A DNA stretch of 63,739 nucleotides, from the NCBI RefSeq assembly GCF_004010195.1, contig NC_057731.1:18075088-18138826 (forward strand), written 5' to 3'. The notes below the pieces were generated by a model. That model ran no database searches and was not told the DNA's origin. It worked only from the letters and a program-made list of their open reading frames with translations. The translations under genes and the position numbers were made by a program. Below are positions 1 through 10,746 of the stretch, piece by piece. Numbering within the stretch: the first letter of the stretch is position 1; each line of letters opens with the position of its first letter. The DNA comes from Chiloscyllium plagiosum. Its lineage: Eukaryota.

Positions 1-640
1 ATTAGATGTTGTTTTGGGAAGATGCCTGACCAGGTGATTGAAGTTTCAGTGGGAGACCATTTTGGGAACAGTGATCATAATTCCAGTTTTAGTTATGGAT
101 AAGAATAAGACTGGTCTTCTGGTGAAAGTGCTAAATTAGGGAAAGGAATATTACAGTAATATTAAGCAGGAACTGGAGAAATTAGATTGGGGCAGCTGTT
201 TGAGGGTAAATCTACATCAGACATGCAGGAGTCTTTTGATCACTGTGCAGGACCAGCATGTTCCTGTGAGGATGAAAGGTGAGGATGGCAAGATTCAGCA
301 ACCATTGATGACAAGTGATATTGAAAGATATTAGTCAAAAAGAAAGAGAAAAGGTGTAAAGTTTAGGAAACTGAAATCAGACAAGCCCTTGAGGAATGTA
401 AAGGAAGCAGGTAAGAACTTAAACGAGGAATTAGGAGAGATAAAGTCAATTAAATGCCCTTGGACAAATAGGAGAAATGAACATTGCAACTCATTTACAG
501 GTATATTAGAAGCTAGAGGGTAACCAGCGAAAGAGTAGGTCCATTCAAGGACAAAGGATAGATTTATGCCCAGAGTCAGAGGAAGTGGGTGAGATTCTGG
601 ATGAGTTAGGACATGGATAATGGATACTCAGTGAGGGCTA
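1..640 (+). mobile_element. CR1/HER1-type LINE fragment (endonuclease end and linker), decayed
   Basis: Encodes LDVVLG...VGDHFGNSDHN. Collinear with the CR1 copy at about 46360-47040. Confidence 0.85.
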
Positions 641-1178
641 ACTGAAGTTGCCAAAAACCCATTTTGACTTCCATGTCAGGAATTTTCCGCATCCAGCTTA
701 CTCGCCTCAGTTGGTACAATGGGAAACTGCATATTAGTGAGTCACGATTGGCAGTTAATAAGATTGCATCAAGAATTCCTCCTAAATAAGTACTTCACTT
801 CAGTCTGGCAAAAATCTCACCTCACTGTCTGGAATTGAGCTGTAAGATGTAACAAGTTGTTCCTAACATCGGTGTAGACCTCACTGGACTTCTTATCTGA
901 TTCTGTGAAATATCACCATTTCCAACATTATCCAGGCATCTATATTCTACCAATAGTATTTGTTACTGATATAACTGGTTTTAACATGCTACCAATGCAC
1001 AAAAATGAAAATTCAGAAGTGCTGGATATGGTTGATTATTACTTTGAAAAATATTTTGCAGTAGAGGGAGAGACCAGCATGCTGAACTCTCCAAGAAAAT
1101 TAACAATTGTACCAGAATCAGAGACTCACCAAAATTAGTGTCAGAATAATGGAACAATGAAGAAACTAATTGCACTAA

Positions 1179-1449
1179 AGATTAGATTAGATTAGATTAG
1201 ATTCTCTACAGTGTGGAAACAGGCCCTTCGGCCCAACAAGTCCAAACTGCCCCTCCAAAGAGAAACCCACCCAGACCCATTCCCCTACCCTATATTTACC
1301 CCTGACTAACGCACCTAACACTGTGGGCAATTTTAGCAAGGTCAATTCACCTGACCTGCACATCTTTGGATTGTGCGAGGAAACCGGAGCACCTGGAAGA
1401 AACCCACACAGTGAGGCAGCAGTGCTAACCACTGAGCCACTGTGCCACC
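1179..1449 (-). mobile_element. HE1-type V-SINE, internally deleted
   Basis: tRNA-like head GGTGGCACAGTGGCTCAGTGGTTAGCACTGCTGCCTCAC, V-domain remnant and (TCTAA)n tail on the minus strand. Confidence 0.9.
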
Positions 1450-2052
1450 AGTGATACATCACTGAGATCAGATCATTTCCATTGCAGATGATTTAAAGTG
1501 AGGCAGATGAGAACATTGCAAATGTCCTAACGATAATTTTCCAACTTGCCCTCCATTCAGGAAACATTCCTTCACTCTGTAAACTTACATATATTTTCCA
1601 TCATTTCAGAAAAGTTGAGAATGGAAACCCAGGGAATTTTCAATTAGTTAACTTAACGTCTGTTGATGTGAAATTATTATAGTCTGTAATTAAGGATAGC
1701 ATGATAAATCACCTGGAAAATATTCAGCTGCTGGGAGACAGCCAGTGTGGATTTTTAAAGTGTAAGTTATGCCTGATGAATCTGAATTTGTGTGGAGACA
1801 ACTATAATAATGAATAATGGAATGTCAGTAGTTATTATCCATGTGGACTTCGAAACAGCATTAAATAATATCCCTAAAACAAGACTGTTCACTGAGGTTA
1901 AGTTCATGGAACTGAAAACAAATTGTTGGCCAGGTCGGGAGCCTTAAATGAGCAGCCAATGGCAGAAAATAGGAATAATGGTTAGGTGCTCCAAGTGAGA
2001 GAATATGACTAGTAGTGTTCCACAAAGACCTATATTGGGGCCTCAACTATTA

Positions 2053-2283
2053 TAGAGTCATGGAGATGTACAGCCTGGAAACAGACCCTTCGGTCCAACC
2101 CGTCCATACCGACTAAATATCCCAACCCAATCTAGTCCCACCTATCAGCACCCGGCCCATATCCCTCCAAACCCTTCCTATTCATATACCCATCCAAATG
2201 CCTCTTAAATGTTGCAATTGTACCAGCCTCCACCACTTCCTCTGGCAGCTCATTCCATACACGTGCCGCCCTCTGCGTGAAAA
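2053..2283 (-). mobile_element. CR1/HER1 LINE 3' end
   Basis: Reverse complement of the conserved 3' end (...GTTGGACCGAAGGGTCTGTTTCC...CATGACTCTAT), also seen at 10560-10745. Confidence 0.85.
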
Positions 2284-2401
2284 GGGCTCATGCCTGAAAC
2301 GTCGATTCGCCTGTTCCTTGGATGCTGCCTGACCTGTTGTGCTTTTCCAGCAACACATTTTCAGCTCTGATCTCCAGCATCTGCAGTCCTCATTTTCTCC
2401 T
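2282..2401 (+). mobile_element. Penelope-like pLTR 3' fragment with the 3' half of a hammerhead motif
   Basis: AAGGGCTCATGCCTGAAACGTCGATT...CCAGCATCTGCAGTCCTCA; same family as 6680-6779. Confidence 0.85.
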
Positions 2402-2944
2402 AACAGAATAATGAGCCATATACTTAAGTTTACCAATGACACAAAAATTGTAAACAATAGAATGACAAAGCTACAAAGAAATATTAATACAGTGGATTAA
2501 TTAAATGGTAAAACTGGGGTAAATAAATGTCAAAATAGCAAATATGAGGTTATCCACTTTGGATTGAAATAAGGAAAGAAAATCTAAAAACAATGAAGGG
2601 CCAAACAGACTTAGGGGTATACACATTGTTTAAAATATTATGAACAGGTACTGAAAATCATTTTTAAAATGGTCAATGGAATGCTTACTTTTATAACTAG
2701 TGGTTTTAAATATAAGGGAATCAAAGTTGTTCTACATTGTGCAAAGTCCAAGTTAGACCAAACCTGGAGTACTGAGAGTGATACCGTGCACCACACCTTA
2801 GGATGGATATATTGATCGAAGAGGGTGTTGTGTTGTTGTGTTATTGTGTTATGTCTCATGAGACGTTAGTTTGCAATATACCTTTAAGAGACTTACTCAT
2901 GATTTCACCATTGCATCATAGCATGTGACTTGACAATATAAAGT

Positions 2945-4420
2945 CAAGTCTCCATCCCTTTGGGGACAGTAGCAGTATTCATGTTGAGGGAGGCATGCAG
3001 CGGTTTGTTACTATTAGCCCAGACATTGCAGTGCCTGTAATTTTCATTCACTTGTGGAACATGGATGGTGCTGTAGTTAGATCCATCATTTTGATCCAGT
3101 GACACTGAAGGAATAGTGATATATTTCCAAGTCAAGATGGTGAGTGGCCTGGAGGGAAACCTGCAGGTAGTGGTATCCCATGCGTCTGCTGCCTTCATCC
3201 ATTTACATAGAAGTGCTCATGGGTTTGGAAGATGCTGTCTCAGAATTTTGTGTGAATTTCTGCAATGCAGACTGATCTCAAAGCTCCATGACCTTGATCT
3301 TGGCTCCGCCCTCTTGCAACTAGATCTTCAGCTTTCTGACCCGTCCTCTGCAATCGGTGAAGATAGGTAACTGTACCTCCTCCATGGTAACTGGAACCCC
3401 CCCCCCCCCCCCCCCTCCCCCCCACTCCCACCAAGGATGTGTCCTCAACCCCTTGCTGTACTTCCTGTACACCCACGACTGTGTTGCCAAATTCCAAACA
3501 AATGGCTTCTACAAGTTTGCTAACAACATCACCATAGTACTTTGAATATCTAACAACATGTCAAAATACAGAAAGGAGATAGAGGGCTTGGTGATGTGAT
3601 GCAGTGAGAACAACCTCTCTCAATGTCAGCAAAGCTAAAGAACTGATCATTCACTTCAAAAAGGAAGGAGGAGAACACATCTCCATCTACATGAAAGGAG
3701 CGGAAGTTGAGAGGGTGGAGAACATCAAGTTCCTAGGAGCGACGATAACCGATGACCTGTCCTAAACTTCCCAAGTAGATGTAATGGTCAAGAAGGCACA
3801 ACAATGCCTCTTCTTCCTCAGGCAGCTTAGGTAATTCAGCATGTCCATAAAAACTCTCGCCAACGTCTATAGATACATCACAAAAAGCATACTGTCTGGG
3901 TGCATAACGCTCTGGTATGGCAACTGATCTGTCCAGGACCATACAAAATTACAGAAAGTTGTATGCACAGCTCAGACCATCACAGAAGTCAAACATCTAT
4001 CCATGGACTCCATTTACATGGCTCACTGCTGTGGAAAGGCTCCCAATATCATCAAAGACCCATCGTACCCTAGTAGTGCTGTCCTACAACTCTTCCATCA
4101 GACAGAACTTACAGAAGCCTGAACACACGCACCAGCAGGTTCAAGCTTCTTCCCAGCCATTATTAGCCTAATGAATGGTCTTTATTGCCTGAATAAGCAA
4201 TGTGACCTGTGTGCCTCTGTCTAAGTCTCTTTGATCTGTCCATCCTTGCTTACTCTGATTTGTCTGTACTGCTTGTAAACAAAGTTTTTCACTGTACTTC
4301 GGTACATGTGACATTCAATCAATCAATCAATCTTGTAGATACTACTCACTGCTCTACTGAATGTCAGTGGTGGATGGAATGGATGCTTGTAGATGTGATG
4401 TCAATCAAGCAAATTAGTTT
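2945..4420 (-). mobile_element. CR1-group LINE 3' fragment split by a Rex1 insertion (pieces 2945-3270 and 4330-4420)
   Basis: Similar to the 3' end at 59030-59400 (FPSRPLTILTWKYI in the ORF track). The sequence resumes after the Rex1 tail. Confidence 0.7.
3272..4332 (+). mobile_element. Rex1/Babar-type LINE, 5'-truncated and decayed
   Basis: RT motif QGCVLNPLLYFLYTHDCVAK...KFANNITIV; later KKAQQCLFFLRQL; (CAAT)n tail at about 4316-4331. Confidence 0.85.
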
Positions 4421-4987
4421 ACAATGTATGAAAATACCAGGAGCCACAGTAAACATCAATTGAACCTATCAGTACTATATTGTCTGCAGCTAGTTCTAAT
4501 GTTCTGACTGAATCAATGTACATAAAGCCTCATCAGGTACAAATACCCTGCTGAAGAAAAAAAGCCCATCATTGTATTTATGGAAGGTCCTGAGGGCTGA
4601 TCATATCAGAGTGAGTGGAGTGTATGTTTACCAGGATGATTGCTGGATTCCAATTGTTAAACTATCAGGAGACATTTCCTACTCGAGTTGCATTCCCTGA
4701 AATTGTGAAAGTTAAGGGTAAATTGGTCAAAGTTTTCAAGGTATTAAGGGAAATTGACATAGTAAAAACTATTACTGTTGAAAATAGAATATTTCATATA
4801 ATGAAATTCTGAAACAAAAACAGAAGATGCTGAATAAATATTTAGCAGGTTAGGCAGGATCTGTGTAGGGGCAGAAATCAATCTGGGACATTTTACCAGA
4901 ACTGGGAAAAGTTAAGGATACAAGGGATAGCTGGTGCTGTGACCACTGCTGCCTGCCTATGATGGTCAGCAGTCTATCCACATCATC

Positions 4988-5125
4988 AGTGGTGCTGGAA
5001 GAGCACAGCAATTCAGGCAGCATCCGAGGACAGGCAAAATCAGGATGCTGCCTGAATTGCTGTGCTCTTCCAGCACCACTGATCCAGAATCTGGTTTCCA
5101 GCATCTGCAGTCATTGTTTTTACCT
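4988..5125. mobile_element. Short Penelope-like pLTR insertion with an internal inversion
   Basis: 13-bp TSD TATCCACATCATC (4975-4987 and 5126-5138). Perfect 41-bp inverted repeat at 4985-5025 / 5043-5083. Confidence 0.8.
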
Positions 5126-6062
5126 TATCCACATCATCTGCCTCTTTGCTAAATGATTGGCTATTTCCACAAATTTTTGAAGATGCTGGACCAGTTCTGG
5201 AATTGGAAATTCTGGAATGGTTATTGTCATTTTTGGATCATTTTATTTGGATAATGTGTCCCAAGAAATGAATGGACATCATGGAGAAGTCACACATCAT
5301 TAAATGTGTGGCCTTCTTCCTATTGATGAATCTGAACTGCTCTGTTCATTAGCCTGCAAAGTCTTTGAAATATATTGAAAATTTTCTTCAGAAAACTCCT
5401 GGTGTTGATGCCATACCAAATGGTAAACAATTGAAGCAAAATCTTCCAAATGGATTTTCAAAAGTTGCTAGCAACCCTGCTTGCTCGTTTAATGGAACCA
5501 GTCAAAAACAATATTCACATGAAGCTTTGTGAATACTTTGCTTTTTGATAGTCATGCTAGATTTTCACTTAGAATATTTAGTTGACATAGGATAGATTTC
5601 TCTTCCTGCTGCTTCCTTAGGTTAGATCAACAAAAACCATGAACGATACCTTTATATTTTGTGTAGGGATTTTGTGCCAGTACACTATGGTTGCACGATA
5701 GAGGAAATTACTCCTAATGTTGTCATCTCTTCCAGTTCACTATTCAGTTGCTTCATTAATGGGTGTAGTATTTTCCTAGACATACAAAGACACATAGAAT
5801 TAGCACCTATTTTTGTCTTCGGTTGTTTGAAAACTTTGAACAGTTTTGGGTGGTCCTTTTCCTTCTATTTATGTATTTGCTTCATTTACTGACTAAGGTT
5901 CAGATCAATGTTTGCTGTTCAGCTCAAAAGTGAAACCTTTGATGATAGAAGACACACAGATTCTCAGCTATGTTGAAGAGTTACTTGTAATGTATCTTTG
6001 ATGTTTAAGTTAGTTCATCTGGACAATGTAATCGAATTTTGGTTGGTTCTAGGCAGTGTTCT

Positions 6063-6777
6063 AGGAGAAAGTGAGGACTGCAGATGCAGAAGATCAGAGC
6101 TGAAAATGTGTTACTGGAAAAGCGCAGCAGGTCAGGCAGCATCCAAAGGAGCAGGAGAATCGCCACAAATTCACCTGCACCTCCACACACATCATTTATT
6201 GCATCCGCTGCACCCGATGTGGCCTCCTCTATATTGGGGAGACAGGCCGCCTACGTTTCAGAGAACACCTCTGGGACACCCAGACCAACCAACCCAACCA
6301 CCCCGTGGCTCAACACTTCAACTCCTCCTCCCATTCCACCAAGGACATGCAGGTCCTTGGACTCCTCCATCGCCAGACCATAGCAACACGATGGTTGGAG
6401 GAAGAACGCCTCATCTTCCGCCTAGAAACCCTCCAACCACAAGGGATGAACTCAGATTTCTCCAGTTTCCTCATTTCCCCTCCCCCCACTTTGTCTCAGT
6501 CAAATCCCTCGAACTCAACACCGCCTTCCTAACCTGAAATCTTCTTCCTGACCTCTCCGCCCCACCCCCACTCCGGCCTATCACCCTCACCTTGACCTCC
6601 TTCCACCTATCGCATTTACAACACCCCTCCCCCAAGTCCCTCCTCCCTACCTTTTATCTTGGCCTGCTGGACACACTTTCCTCATTCCTGAAGAAGGGCT
6701 CATGCCCGAAACGTCGATTCTCCTGCTCCTTGGATGCTGCCTGACCTGCTGCGCTTTTCCAGCAACACATTTTCAGC
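6063..6777 (+). mobile_element. Penelope-like element: inverted pLTR, GIY-YIG endonuclease C-terminus and 3' pLTR
   Basis: 15-bp TSD TCTAGGCAGTGTTCT (6048-6062 and 6778-6792). Encodes IYCIRCTRCGLLYIGET...AQHFNSSSHS...EEERLIFRLETLQPQGMN. 6063-6161 is the reverse complement of the pLTR. Confidence 0.92.
6684..6719 (+). ncRNA. Minimal type I hammerhead ribozyme motif in a Penelope pLTR
   Basis: CTGAAGA-A-GGGC(TCAT)GCCC-GAAA-CG-TC: intact core, stem II and palindromic ACGT stem III. Short imperfect stem I (ATTC/GATT). Confidence 0.8.
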
Positions 6778-7609
6778 TCTAGGCAGTGTTCTGCCAACCA
6801 AGATTCTCTGTCCAACATAATTGTTACATTTGTGCTGTACCTGACTTAAAATTTGTAAGGTGCCAGTAATATGTGTCTACATGCCAGAATAACACCTCAC
6901 CAGGGAAGAATTTAGGTTTATCTTCTGGTAAACTTTGTTCTATTTTATTGATAGCTTAGTGGGTGAAGGTTTTGTGGTGTCATGATTTTGCTTCAGCACA
7001 CCTTATGAAAATGACCTGTTTTCTTGCACTGAAAACATTCTCTTAAATGGCTGGACACTACTGTTCACAACTGAGAGGTATTATCTGCCAAAACATTGCC
7101 AAAGAGTTCTGACCTCTTTGTGATTATTCTACCAGCTGTGTCATTTTCATTTGTGTTTATTTTATTGTCTTGTTCTTAAGAAAATGAATACTTTCTCTAG
7201 ATCTCACATAACCAGGTTTATCCTCTTCTCTGAGATTGATCTCAGATAAGAGGTGTAGATGGACATCAACTGAATGCCTTTCTCCACAGCAGTATCTTCT
7301 TTTCCCTGCAATCAATCTGACAAAGATTCCTGAGCAAAACGTACAACTATGCAGTTACTGATCAATTCTGTCTTCAAATTTCCATATTCAGATTTTTCAA
7401 CTCATCGGCAGGAATAATTAGTGAAATCATCTATTGATTCATCAACTTTCTGAACTCCTCAACTGGATTTTATTAAAGTAAAACTTCTAAAAGCTTATTC
7501 AAAAACTTCTAAAACTTCTTCAAATTTGTCTGAGGTTCCATTGTCATTTGATTAACACCTAAGCATCATCCTCTATGATGCTAATGGAACAAAGAGATGT
7601 ATTAACTTT

Positions 7610-7755
7610 ACAAAATACTGAAAGAACTGTGGATGTTGGAAGTCAGAAACTAAAACAAAAACAGAAATTGCTGGAAAACTTCAGGAGGTCTAGCAGCATC
7701 TGTGGAGAGAAATCAAAGTTAGCATTTTGTGTCCAGTTACCCTTCTTCAGAACAT
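7610..7755 (-). mobile_element. Old Penelope-derived pLTR repeat
   Basis: The minus strand begins CTGAAGAAGGGTAACTGGAC... and continues into CAGATGCTGCTAGACCTCCTGAAGTTTTCCAGCAATTTCTG. Related copies at 12133-12260, 16740-16812 and 29570-29695. Confidence 0.6.
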
Positions 7756-7999
7756 AATGTGTTAATTTGTTTTGTATCAGTCTTGCTGCCTAATTTTGAA
7801 GCAATTCTGTATCTTAAAAATTGTCTTTTTCATGATGCCCAATTCTGTGTCTGATCTTTTCCACTTCTAAAATTAAATATTCCTGGCAATTAAATATATT
7901 ATGCCACATCTTTCTTTGTTTGCTAGGCATTGTTATTCTTTGCTTTACATTATCTTGCAGTAATGGAGGTTTTCTCCACACTTTTTAGGGAGTGATGGT

Positions 8000-8233
8000 T
8001 GAAATAATTCCAAGAGGCTGGTATCCTGTCACCAAGTCACCCTTCATTTACACGTACAAAGTCCTTGACACCAATCCAACTTCCTCAAAGCCAGCTCTCA
8101 GGGTGAACAGAACCCCTGGCAGTCCTGTTATATCTGTCAGTCAGGACTCCCTGATTGGGACTGTTTATCTGATCCAATCAGGGAACTCGTATTCTATGAG
8201 GTCCACCTAGCAGACCTTGTTTCAATCACTACA
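8000..8233 (-). mobile_element. Solo LTR
   Basis: The minus strand starts TGTAGTGATT and ends TTATTTCA (TG...CA). Flanked by ATGGT/ATGGC, a 5-bp TSD with one mismatch. Inserted in the head of a SINE. Confidence 0.65.
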
Positions 8234-8512
8234 ATGGCTTAGTGATATTATTGCTAGACTGTTAACCGAGAGACCTGGTAATGTCCCGGGCATAGGTTCA
8301 AATCCCATCATGGCAAATGATGGAAGTTGAATTCAATAAAATTCTTGAATTAAGGGTAAAATGATGACCATAGGACTGTTGTCAATTGTCCAAAAAGCCC
8401 ACCTGGCTCACTAATGTTCTTTACAGAAAGAAACTGCTGTCCTTAGCTGATCTAGCCAACATGTGACGCCAGATGTTAACAATGTGATTGACTCTTAGTT
8501 GTCCTCTGGGCG
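8234..8512 (+). mobile_element. tRNA-headed SINE (family sharing its ends with the CR1-group LINE)
   Basis: A-box-like TGGCTTAGTGAT and B-box GGTTCAAATCCC. Homologous to 23335-23660, 31595-31940, 35160-35550 and 63020-63352. Confidence 0.75.
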
Positions 8513-10189
8513 ATAGCAATGCCAAATCTTGTGCCAATCTGACTCCACTACAGTCTCTTTTCCCTGTTTGACTAGAAATGTTTCTATAAAGTTTTGAAAG
8601 TGAAATGATGAATCTACTTTCTCTGGGCTATCAAGATAGTATGTTCTCAGCTCTTTGCTGTTGCTTACCTGCTTCTTGCCTTTGAGTATACTGGTGTCAT
8701 TCCAAGTTGGAGTTGTAGAAGTTTTAATTTTGAAGTTGCCCATTAAGTGTGAGCATTTTTGCACCGTGTGCTAAGTTTTTCCAAGCCTATCAAAGATTTT
8801 CTCACCTCATCCGTATCATTTCTTAGCTTACCAGCTCAAGTCTAAAATCAGGACCATTCGCACAAAACACCTCTCCCCACCCCCACCCCCACCCCCACCT
8901 CCCCACAGCCTGGATACCCGAGTTGTGGATTTTCTTCATCCTCTTGGCTCCATTTCTCCTATGGATCTGTTTGCTAGTCCTTCAGCTCCTTGCAGGTTGA
9001 GGTTGGACCTTCTGGAAATGACGGGTTTTTTTCTAGATTCATTGTTGTTTGTAACTTCCAATGGCCACCACTGTTGTTGCCATTTTGAGATCATTGCTGC
9101 CTGTCTGTGGTGGATGAGAATTATCCATCTCTTGGTCTAGACTATGGAGATATAAAGAGTCAGGTAAAGGTAATAATAAGATATCTTGTATTAATGCACT
9201 ATATGCAAGTTTTGGAAGAAATTTCACCTCTGTGAGAGATTGTCCATGTGGGTGTCTGGATGACACTTCTCACTTTGTTCCACTTAGTAAATCTTTCAAG
9301 TTCATATATAGCAGGTGGGACAAGAGCAAAAGGAAAACCTGTGATAGGATCCAGGACAAGAGAGGGAGAATGACGGAACAGTTGGCTCTCCAGGGCAAAA
9401 GGGAAAAGATATGAGGCAAGAAAAGAAACAAAATGGAGATTAGTAATTGTAGTCTAAAATTGTTGGAATTAGTGTTGAGTCCAAAAAGTTGTACTGTTCC
9501 TGGTTAAAAGATACTGTTCCTGAACCATGTGTGGAGACTCTCTGGAAAACGCAGCAGGCCAAGGACAGAAATGTCAATTTTTTTTTATTTCTGTTGATTG
9601 GGGAGTCCATGACTAGGAGACGTAGCTTAGAAATTAGAGGCAGACCCCTTCAGGGATCAAGTTAGGAAACTATTTTCTACACAGGAAGTGGTAGAAGTTT
9701 AAAACTGTCTGTAAACATTGTTAATTCTAAATCTGGGATTGAAAGCACTTTTGTTAATTATTGATGTTATGAAAAATAGAGCAAAGGCCAGTATATGGAG
9801 ATCAGCAGTGATCTTTTTAATGACAGCACAGGCTCAAAGCTAAATCATCTGCTCCTTGTTGCTATGTTCCTGATTGTTTCAATCTAATAATGAGAGATGA
9901 ACCATGGCGAAACAATTACTTTTGTAGATATATTTTCTTTCCCTCTTGTATAGAACTGCTGAGTAAAACAATAATTTATAGTATTTTCAGTTTATTTTAC
10001 ATTTGATTAAACTTGTAAGAAAATATGATACATCAAAACAGCATATTGGTATAAGGGATGAGATGGTTCAAGGATCTTAAAGCTTAATGTGTGTTTTCCA
10101 AGTTAATGAAGCAGTTGTTCGGGAACTAAACTCTGTAACTACTACTCACCAAGATTCCTCTACACTGTGTTGAATGGCATGCATTAACG

Positions 10190-10746
10190 TATAGGAGTTT
10201 GGAACTCATGTTAAGGTTGTACAGGTCATTGGTGAGGCCTATTCTGGAATACTGTGTCCAGTTCTGGTCGCCCAGTTATAAGAAGCTGGAGAGAGAACAT
10301 AAGAGATTTATCAAGTTGTTGCCAGATATGGAAGATTTGAGTTAGAAAGAAAGGCTGGATAGGCTGGGACATTTTTCATAGGAGTGCAGTAGTTTGAAAG
10401 ATGACCTTATAGAAGTTTATCTATACCCTTCATTATTTTGTATAGTTAGAGGGGATTTCAAAATTAAGAGGGGGATATTTTTTAGGGGAAAGAGAGAGAT
10501 TTAAAAAAGACATGAGAGACAAACTTTTTACATAGAGGGTAGTTCGTGTGTGAAATGAACTTCCAGAGAAAGTGGTGGATGCAGGTACAATTACAACATT
10601 TAAAAGACATTTGGATAAGTACATGAATGGGAAAAAGTTTGGTGGGATATAGTCCAGGTGCAGGTAGGTGTGTCTAGTTTGAGATTATGTTCAGCATGGA
10701 CTGGTTGGACTGAAGGGTCTGTTTCCATGCTGTATGACTCTATGAC
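10190..10746 (+). mobile_element. CR1/HER1 LINE 3' fragment
   Basis: LYRSLVRPILEYCVQFWSP motif and a conserved 3' end finishing TATGACTCTATGA. Confidence 0.9.

Larger units (their letters stand above)
1500..2825 (+). mobile_element. Old CR1 LINE RT fragment, interrupted at about 2053-2400
   Basis: Degenerate CR1 RT motifs (PGNFQLVNLTS; ...VPQRPILGP; KFTNDTKI). Confidence 0.7.
5150..7980 (-). mobile_element. Gypsy/Ty3 LTR retrotransposon gag-pol remnant, interrupted by Penelope elements
   Basis: Minus strand at about 5390-5460 reads ENPFGRFCFNCLPFGMASTPGVF, the Gypsy RT motif TPFGRYxFxRLPFG. Many stops. Confidence 0.75.

Noticed and set aside
3396-3423. Poly-C tract giving a polyproline or polyglycine ORF
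   Set aside because: Homopolymer expansion inside a dead Rex1 RT.
5998-6537. 179-aa proline/histidine-rich ORF
   Set aside because: Off-frame translation of a Penelope element.
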